From a candidate division FCPU426 bacterium (lineage in GTDB: Bacteria > Oederibacteriota > Muellerivitia > Muellerivitales > Muellerivitaceae), in contig CAWCKJ010000004.1 of NCBI GenBank assembly GCA_963796105.1, positions 160,001 through 224,000 of the forward strand: a stretch of 64,000 nucleotides of DNA, in the 5' to 3' direction. Both the position numbers and the translations under genes were made by a program. Shown piece after piece: positions 57,394-64,000 of the stretch. The notes beneath the pieces are model-generated. The model had not been told where the DNA came from. It searched no databases and saw only the letters and a list, made by a program, of their open reading frames with translations. Positions within the stretch are counted from its first letter, which is position 1; each line of letters opens with the position of its first letter.

Positions 57394-60300
57394 TTATCTC
57401 CGGATTAAGAGTTTCATGACCGAAATATTTGTTTTCCCGTTTTTTCCATCCACCACTACCAGATAATAAAGCCCATTCGCGATATTCCCAACCTTGTTCC
57501 AATCCAGTTGGACTAGATGCTGTCCTTGGGAGGTATCAAGGCCAGAATTCTCATAGACTTTCCGAAATGCCAAGGTGAAAAGTTTGACGGTGACTCGGTC
57601 GGTATTGGCTGGAACCGTGTGATAGAAAGACAATGGAACATTTCCCTCCCAGGGGTTGGGAAAAGCCAAGTTATTGTTCGGGACGGGTGTTTCCGTAACA
57701 GTGGAAGTGATAGTGGCGGTAGAGGTGGGGGTTGGCGTGGGGGTAATCGTGGGTGTGGTAGTTGGAGTCGACGTGAAAGTCTGGGTGGAAACGCCGCAGG
57801 GACATTGGCCTTTCAGGGTGCAATAGACCTTATTGGCGAAAACACTGTAGCCCGCGGCGTTGAGGTGCACCCCGTCGGAGTACCATTCAGGGTGGTTCAA
57901 GGTCGCGTCGAAAACATCAATCACGCAGACATTCATTTGCTGGGCGATTTGAAGGAGGAGGGGATCTCTTGGTTGTAGAGCGTGGCTTCCGTTATCCCCG
58001 CGAAGTCCTGGTAAACCCAAGGGGGCAGGCAGAGATAAACCGTGGGATGGCTTCCCAGGTTCTGGAAGGTCTGGATCATGGCCTCGTAATCCGGGATGAA
58101 GTCGGATTCGTACTGCCAGTTTCCGCTTTTGGTGTCGTTGGTCCCCAGGCAGATCACCACGATGTTGGGTTGGAAATTCTGGGCGTCGATAAACTGCTGT
58201 CCGTTCCAATAGGGCAAATCGCCCAATTTCAAAAGGGTAGACCCGAAATAGCCATCGTTCTGGACCTGGTAGCCAGGGCCTAATAATGCCCCCAAGTCAG
58301 CCGGATAACTTTGGGAACCGGGAGCCCCTGTCCCATACGTGATGCTGTCCCCCACGCAGGCGATCCGGATAACAGGGCTTCCCGTGGGGGTCAAGGAGGG
58401 GGTGTAGGTAACGGTAAAAGTGATGGAAGGAGTAGCTGTCAAAGTCTGCGTAAATGTGGTGGTTGGGGTATCAGTCGCGGTGCCGGTGGCGGTAACTGTG
58501 GTAGTGGCCGTAGGCGTGCCGGTGTTGATTGGGGTGGAACTCGAAGTAAGAGTTTCTGCAACCGTCAGGCTGATAGTGGCGGTAGGGGTCAGTGTCAAGG
58601 TAGGGGTGTCCGTACCAGTTGGGGTAGGGGTTAATGAGTTCGTGAAAGTGATCGACGGGGTCAAAGTAATGGTGGATGTTGCCGTCGGAGTGGTTGTTTG
58701 GGTCTGTGTGGAAGTCCCGGTGAATGTTGGGGTGATGGTCGCGGTCGATCCGGAAACGGCGCAATCCAGGTACTCGCTCCAATTTTCCGAGGTGCTGACC
58801 ATGGTGTTCAAGGTCCCGGGATAAGCCCCGAATGCGAAGTCCTGCACAAACCCGGTACCGGCTGCGCCCGGGGTGTAACTGGGTATGTCCAGTGTTGTAT
58901 CCACCTGCCAGCATAACCAGTAAGTTCCGGGATTCAGCGACAGGGATGAGGGGATACCAGAGGAAATATTCTGGGTGATCCATCCCCCGCTGGTGTTATT
59001 CACGATCGCACCGGAATCCCAAAGCAGGTTCGGGGGAGAGGAATTGTCGTAAATTCCCAAGCGGACGTGCCCGCTAGCCGCAGTGGAATAAAATTTAATG
59101 TCATTCACAACCGCGGTTTGGCTCAAAACCGCCTGGGTGCCCTTGATGGCCGCCTTCTGCGAAAAAGCCACCTTGACCACCTGACCCGGCGAGCTGTCCG
59201 TCCCGAAATAGGCGTAACCCGCGTTGTTGTCGATCACCGAGCCCTGGGCGTAAACCTCCCCATAAGGGAAGGTAAATGGCGGTACCGTTTGCGGGGCATT
59301 GTCGAAATATTGCGGATTCCCGTCGCAGACGGTCATTGCGAAACCTGGCTGGAGTTGCAGGGGAGCCCCCGCGTTTTCCGTGGGGGCCGAATCCCCGGCG
59401 TTATTTTTGACCTTGAAGACCTTCATGGGGAATACGCCGTCCGTGCCGTAGATCGTGTAACCGCTAGGAGGGTCGGCCAATCCCGAGGACAAGGCCTGTT
59501 CCAGGGCCGTGGAGCCCGTGCATCCCCCGCTTCCAGGATTGAGAAAGCCCTTGGACACCTCGGTGAAATTGGACAGGTTGATCTTGACCACGTCCGCCTG
59601 CCTGTTCGGGACATAGAGCCCGCAATAAAGGTAATGGGTCGAAGTGGTGGTGTCCACCGCCGGAAACCGGCCGTAGGCGAAAAAATCCCCCGTAGTGACC
59701 GGGTCGCTGGTGGTTAAAACGGCGTTTTCTGTTGGGGCATTGGCGCCATTCAGGGCGACCTGGACAATTTGATTTGAGGTGTAGCAGTTGAAATAAGCGT
59801 AGCCCGCGGAGGGGTCAATGGTACCGTGGACGGCCCCTCCGGTTCCCGGAAAGACGGGACTATTGAGGGTAACCCCGCCTCCCCCCACGAGCGCGGGCGG
59901 GGTCGTGTCGGGCGGCCCCCCATTGGCGGGTGAAGCCGGAAGAGACAATTTATAGACGATGGCGGGACTGGTATAGGAGATGAAATATGCGTAATGTTGG
60001 GAAGGATCCGCGTTGCTGGCGTCAATGGCCGCCCCGCCCACCGATCCAACGCTTAGCGTAGCCTCTTCAACGGGGGCAACGCCCGGTCCGCCCAGCTTGA
60101 CCTTATGGACAAGTGATCCGGATTGAAAATAAGAGTAGCCGTTGACCGAATCCATGAGAACATCCCCGAAATTCCCGCCGCTTGCCAGCGTCAGGGTGCT
60201 TTCCTCGGTCATAGCGCCTAAGTTGATTTTTGAGAAGGTTCCGTTTCTTCCCCCAAAATAGCCATATCCGTTGGCGGGATCGATTCCGCCCCCATAAAGG

Positions 60301-60476
60301 CCCTGGTAGTTGGGGTTGCTGAGGACAACATTTCCCACGCGCCTTAAGCCCTGGGTGGGATAGGCGGTGCTTCCGGCGGAGGAGATTCCCAACTGTTGGC
60401 CGTAACCGAATGGGGCGGTTTCCAATAAGAGGATCAGCGCAAAAAAGAATGTTTCGGTTAAATTCAGGGGCCGCAC
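57394..60476 (-). CDS. Large secreted protein: beta-propeller-like domain, jelly-roll domain, Pro/Thr linker, SGNH/GDSL esterase, T9SS-like C-terminal domain; one frameshift at ~57960
   Basis: IACVGDSITYG, LGTND and (second frame) SDGVHLNAAGY; AFPNP..KLFTLAFRKV..NGLYYL..KLLIRR tail. One extra C in the C4 run joins EIP to LLLQIAQQ. Confidence 0.8.
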
Positions 60477-60827
60477 GGCTGAATAACAAAAAAAACTCGA
60501 AATGAAATTTTGGTTAATTCCCAGGTTTATTCTGCGGTTTTTCAGGTTAATCCCGATCAGAAAAAGAATTGGACATATTTAGATTATAACGCTCAGGGGT
60601 TTGACTTGTAGATGGCCTTGAAAAAAAGATTTTGAATCCGAAATAGGATTTATTGGCTGTTATTACTTAGAGACGCTAACAAAATTACTTCTTTAAACAG
60701 TGGGGCTTCGCACCGAAGTGAGTTGTTTTTTGGTTTAAAGTATTGAGATTTTCCCCACTGCGCCTTAGTGGTTCTGAAAGAACCTGTGGTGAAATTTTTT
60801 ATTAGATGTTCTTAATATCGGGGGCGG

Positions 60828-62153
60828 TTAATTCGCCCCGGCCGGCTGGGCATCGGCGTCCCCGAAGTTCAAGGGGTTCCCCTGGCTGTCGTACAGGTCG
60901 AAGGAACCGTCCCCCAGGGTGACCATGATCTCCAGTGGCTGGCCCTGGGAAACGTCTGAAAATTTCACGCCAGTCACCTGGGACGCCAGGTAAATAGGGT
61001 TGAAAGTGGGCGGGATAGCCGCGTCAAACAGGAACGCGTCCCCTGTATCCGTCAACACCTTCACCATCCGGGTCCCGTCGGGGCTGGAATAGATGGATAC
61101 GTTGGCCGCCTGGGTCGCGGTCACCATCGTGTCCTTGGCGGAATCGCAGGGGATATATTGTCCGTCGGAATAGAAATAAAGGTCCGCCACGTGGTAGGGG
61201 TCCTGCCACCACCAATAACCGTTGTCCCAGAAGCACCAGCGGTCGTTGTCCGAGTCGTAAAACCACCAGCGGTCCTGGTAATAGCGGGTCCAAAAATAAT
61301 TGTCCCCCAGGTACCAGCCGTACCATTGGTAGCCCCAGCCGTCCACATAGTGGCAGTAATTGAAGCCGTTGCCGTTGTGCCAGTAATAATGACCGGCCCG
61401 GGTTTCCGACTGGTTCATCTGGGCCACTTGGCTCGTCATCTCGTCGCCATGGACCAGGTTCATGTGGTTGAGCACGGAGGGATCGTTGAAGTTTTTCGAC
61501 GGGATGACCGCGGCCATCAGGGGCGTTTTGTTGGGCCCTTTTTGGGGAAAACGGATGGCCGAGTGGTCCTTGTCCGCGACCATCATCTGCTGGCGGTCGG
61601 TGATGTAATGGGCCAGGCTGGTAACGCCCAGTTTCTGGAGTTTTTTTCGGACGTATCCCGCCGTGAAGGGATGGTGGTGGTGGACCACGTTGCTGGTGGG
61701 GGCCACGCTCACGAATTGGGTGGTATTAACAGCCATGTCTGGCCGGCTGTTCCAGTGGATATTGGGCTTCTGACGGATGGCCGCGCTATTAAACGTACCG
61801 GCGACACCGATCTTATGCTGGTAAACGGCCTGCTGGGCCGTCTTTGGGGCTTGTGGAGCGGGCTGGGGCGCTTGGGGGGCCTGATGGGAAACTTGGGGCG
61901 CCGGCTGGCTTGGACGGGACGGACCGCTGTTGTTCCGGAAAGCCGGTTTGCTGATGTCAATTCTCACCGGCTGGCTCACCGCCGCCGCAACCGGCGCGGG
62001 CCTGGCTGGTTTTTCCGACGCCGCCCCCACTGGCGGGCTGATGGGTTTTTCATTTCCCTGTTTTTTGAGTAAATCGTTCCGGTCGATTTGGGCGTAAAGG
62101 GTCCAGCTTTGAAGTAAAGCCGCCGCCAGGAAAATAACGAGTATTCGTTTCAT
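60828..62153 (-). CDS. Secreted hypothetical protein with Pro/Gln-rich linker and Trp/Tyr-rich domain
   Basis: Signal peptide, PQAPQPAPQAP region, HHHHPF, YYWH..YQWYGWY..YFWTRYY..RWWFY..WCFW..YWWW. Confidence 0.8.
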   Translation of the reverse strand: MKRILVIFLAAALLQSWTLYAQIDRNDLLKKQGNEKPISPPVGAASEKPARPAPVAAAVSQPVRIDISKPAFRNNSGPSRPSQPAPQVSHQAPQAPQPAPQAPKTAQQAVYQHKIGVAGTFNSAAIRQKPNIHWNSRPDMAVNTTQFVSVAPTSNVVHHHHPFTAGYVRKKLQKLGVTSLAHYITDRQQMMVADKDHSAIRFPQKGPNKTPLMAAVIPSKNFNDPSVLNHMNLVHGDEMTSQVAQMNQSETRAGHYYWHNGNGFNYCHYVDGWGYQWYGWYLGDNYFWTRYYQDRWWFYDSDNDRWCFWDNGYWWWQDPYHVADLYFYSDGQYIPCDSAKDTMVTATQAANVSIYSSPDGTRMVKVLTDTGDAFLFDAAIPPTFNPIYLASQVTGVKFSDVSQGQPLEIMVTLGDGSFDLYDSQGNPLNFGDADAQPAGAN

Positions 62154-62358
62154 TTTTCGATTCCTTTCCTTCCCCTTAATTTAGTCGAATCCTCTGCCCG
62201 TTTCCAGCCGGACGTTTGCCTTTAAATCCATGGCTGAATTGAAAGACACTAACAAAAATTCTTTTACTCAAAACCCCAGAGTCTCAGCAAAGATAATCCA
62301 TTTTAATTCAATCTTTTTGGCTGGGTCTCCGTGCCTGCGGCGGATTTGGATGTTTCTC

Positions 62359-63999
62359 TCAGCCTTTTGCCTGAAGGCGGAATAACCCGCAATGCAGGGG
62401 CCCGGGAATATGGCCCGGCCTGAAAGCTTCCGGGAGCCAGCCTTCCTCCATGAGTTTCTTCCCCGTAAAAAACAATTTTTTACCAAGCACTTCATAATAT
62501 TGGTTTGGATCCAAACCCCTCAAGCGGATGGGTTTTACCCCTGAAGGCTCCTGGGGAGGCCTCACCTGGAACACGAATAGCAACGCTTCCCGCAAGCCGG
62601 GACTGGTGAACATCCAGGAGCACCTGTCGGTGCCGTAGGGACTTTCCAACCGATGGAAATTCCCGAACTGCACGGTATCCCTGATTTCCTTATAGAGGGC
62701 GATATACCCCGCCATTTCCCTCCGTTCGTCCTTGCCCCATTTGGAAACGTCCAGTTCCAGGCCGAAATTGGCCGACATGGCCAGGTGGGCCCGCCACTTG
62801 AGGGGCGATTCCCTCTTGGTAATGTGGTTGGGCGAGGAGGAAACGTGGGAGCCCTGGGCGATGGGGGGATAGCCGAAAGTGGTCCCGTACTGAATTAAAA
62901 GACGGTCCAGGCCGTCCATGTTGTCCGAGGACCAGATTTGGGGGTGGTAGCTCAGGATGCCCAGGTCGAATCGGCCTCCTCCTCCCGCGCAGCCCTCGAA
63001 GAGGACTTGGGGAAACCTTTTATTGAGTCTCTCCATCAACTCGTAAAGCCCCAGCGCGTAACGGTGGTAGGTCTCGGATTGCCGGTGGGGCGGCAAGGCC
63101 AGGGTCCCAACCTCCGTAAGAGGACGGTTCATGTCCCATTTCACGTAATCGACTTTCCCCTCCTCGAACACGGCAGAGAGGGTTTCGAAGAGATAGTCCC
63201 TGATCTCCTTCTGCCCCATATCCAACACCAGCTGGTTGCGGGCGGTCTTTCGCTCCCGTCCCGGCACGTGCAGGCACCAGTCCGGGTGTTTCTCGTACAG
63301 GCGGCTTCTCGGGCTGATCATTTCCGGCTCGACCCAAAGGCCGAACAGGAGCCCCATGGCGTGGAGTTCCTCCCCAAGGCCCTTCAAGCCCCTGGGAAGC
63401 TTTTTGGGGTCCACGATCCAGTCCCCCAGCGAGGAATCGTCCTTGTCCCGTTTCCCGAACCAACCGTCGTCCAGGACCAGCAGCTCAACGCCCAATTCCC
63501 TGGCGGACTTCCCGATCCGCGCGATGTCCTCGTGCTTGAAATTGAAATAGGTGGCCTCCCAGTTGTTGATGAGGATGGGCCGTGGCTTGTCGCGCCAGGC
63601 GCCCCTCGCCACCCTTTGGCGGATGAATTTATGGAATGCCTGGCTGAGGCCGTCATAGCCTTTTTCGGAATAGCTTGTCACGCACTCGGGAGTCACGAAA
63701 CTTTCCCCCGGCTCCAGGGTCCATTTGAATCCGAAATCGTTGATGCCGCTGTTCAATCGAAGCCTTCGGTCGTGGTAAACCTCGGCCTCCAAAAGCCAAT
63801 TGCCGCTGTAGGCCAGGGACAGGCCGTAAACGCCACCCTCCTCCTCCCCGGCCCCCGCCTTGGCGGCCATGACGAAGGGGTTCAAGTCATGGGAGGAAAT
63901 GCCCCTGCGGCTTTCCAGCCGGACGATACCCTGCAGGAGGGGCCTTTCCTGGAAGTTGCGCTCATGCGCCCAGGCGCCCCCGAAGCTGATGAGCTTGTA
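62359..63999 (-). CDS. GH36 alpha-galactosidase (5' end beyond the window)
   Basis: INNWEATYF, LVLDDGWFG, FGLWVEPEM, YVKWDMNR, EGCAGGGGRFDLG, WSSDNMD; frame stays open to the window edge. Confidence 0.95.
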   Translation of the reverse strand, partial: YKLISFGGAWAHERNFQERPLLQGIVRLESRRGISSHDLNPFVMAAKAGAGEEEGGVYGLSLAYSGNWLLEAEVYHDRRLRLNSGINDFGFKWTLEPGESFVTPECVTSYSEKGYDGLSQAFHKFIRQRVARGAWRDKPRPILINNWEATYFNFKHEDIARIGKSARELGVELLVLDDGWFGKRDKDDSSLGDWIVDPKKLPRGLKGLGEELHAMGLLFGLWVEPEMISPRSRLYEKHPDWCLHVPGRERKTARNQLVLDMGQKEIRDYLFETLSAVFEEGKVDYVKWDMNRPLTEVGTLALPPHRQSETYHRYALGLYELMERLNKRFPQVLFEGCAGGGGRFDLGILSYHPQIWSSDNMDGLDRLLIQYGTTFGYPPIAQGSHVSSSPNHITKRESPLKWRAHLAMSANFGLELDVSKWGKDERREMAGYIALYKEIRDTVQFGNFHRLESPYGTDRCSWMFTSPGLREALLFVFQVRPPQEPSGVKPIRLRGLDPNQYYEVLGKKLFFTGKKLMEEGWLPEAFRPGHIPGPLHCGLFRLQAKG

Positions 64000-64000
64000 G

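Noticed and set aside
60697..60760. Structured ncRNA from the CAGTGGGG/CCCCACTG pairing
   Set aside because: Only an 8-bp stem around an AT-rich loop, with no recognisable family features.
62185..62245. c-di-GMP-I riboswitch (GGCAAAC and GCCATGG on the minus strand)
   Set aside because: The elements are in the wrong order and the GACGCAAAG junction is missing.

Overview
A 64-kb chromosomal window from a GC-rich diderm bacterium. Pro/Thr-linker CAZymes, a T9SS-like C-terminal tail and SLH-barrel proteins suggest an FCPU426/Goldbacteria-like lineage, but this is inference only. The left half is mostly housekeeping and envelope genes: a heavily frameshifted class II ribonucleotide reductase (nrdJ) with tandem NrdR boxes, pgi, an MCP, iscS, a SpoIID-TPR protein, HU/IHF, comEC, a GH2, an ECF sigma/anti-sigma/TolC/RND cluster and pth-rplY-prs-glmU. 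The right half (about 36.6-64 kb) is a carbohydrate-utilisation locus with no SusC/SusD. It has an operon of three tandem SLH-like/coiled-coil/beta-barrel outer-membrane proteins flanked by CBM-like lipoproteins, plus GH51-like, GH2, GH44, SGNH and GH36 enzymes. A shared ~35-bp operator sits in both divergent promoter regions. Other signals: a GIY-YIG nuclease inside palindromic TGTCATTGCGAG..CGAAGCAACCC ends with an empty copy on the other side of pgi, a duplicated ECF promoter (CCGACAC-N17-CGTCTA), and a 107-bp hairpin tandem repeat. Several single-base frameshifts are probably sequencing errors.
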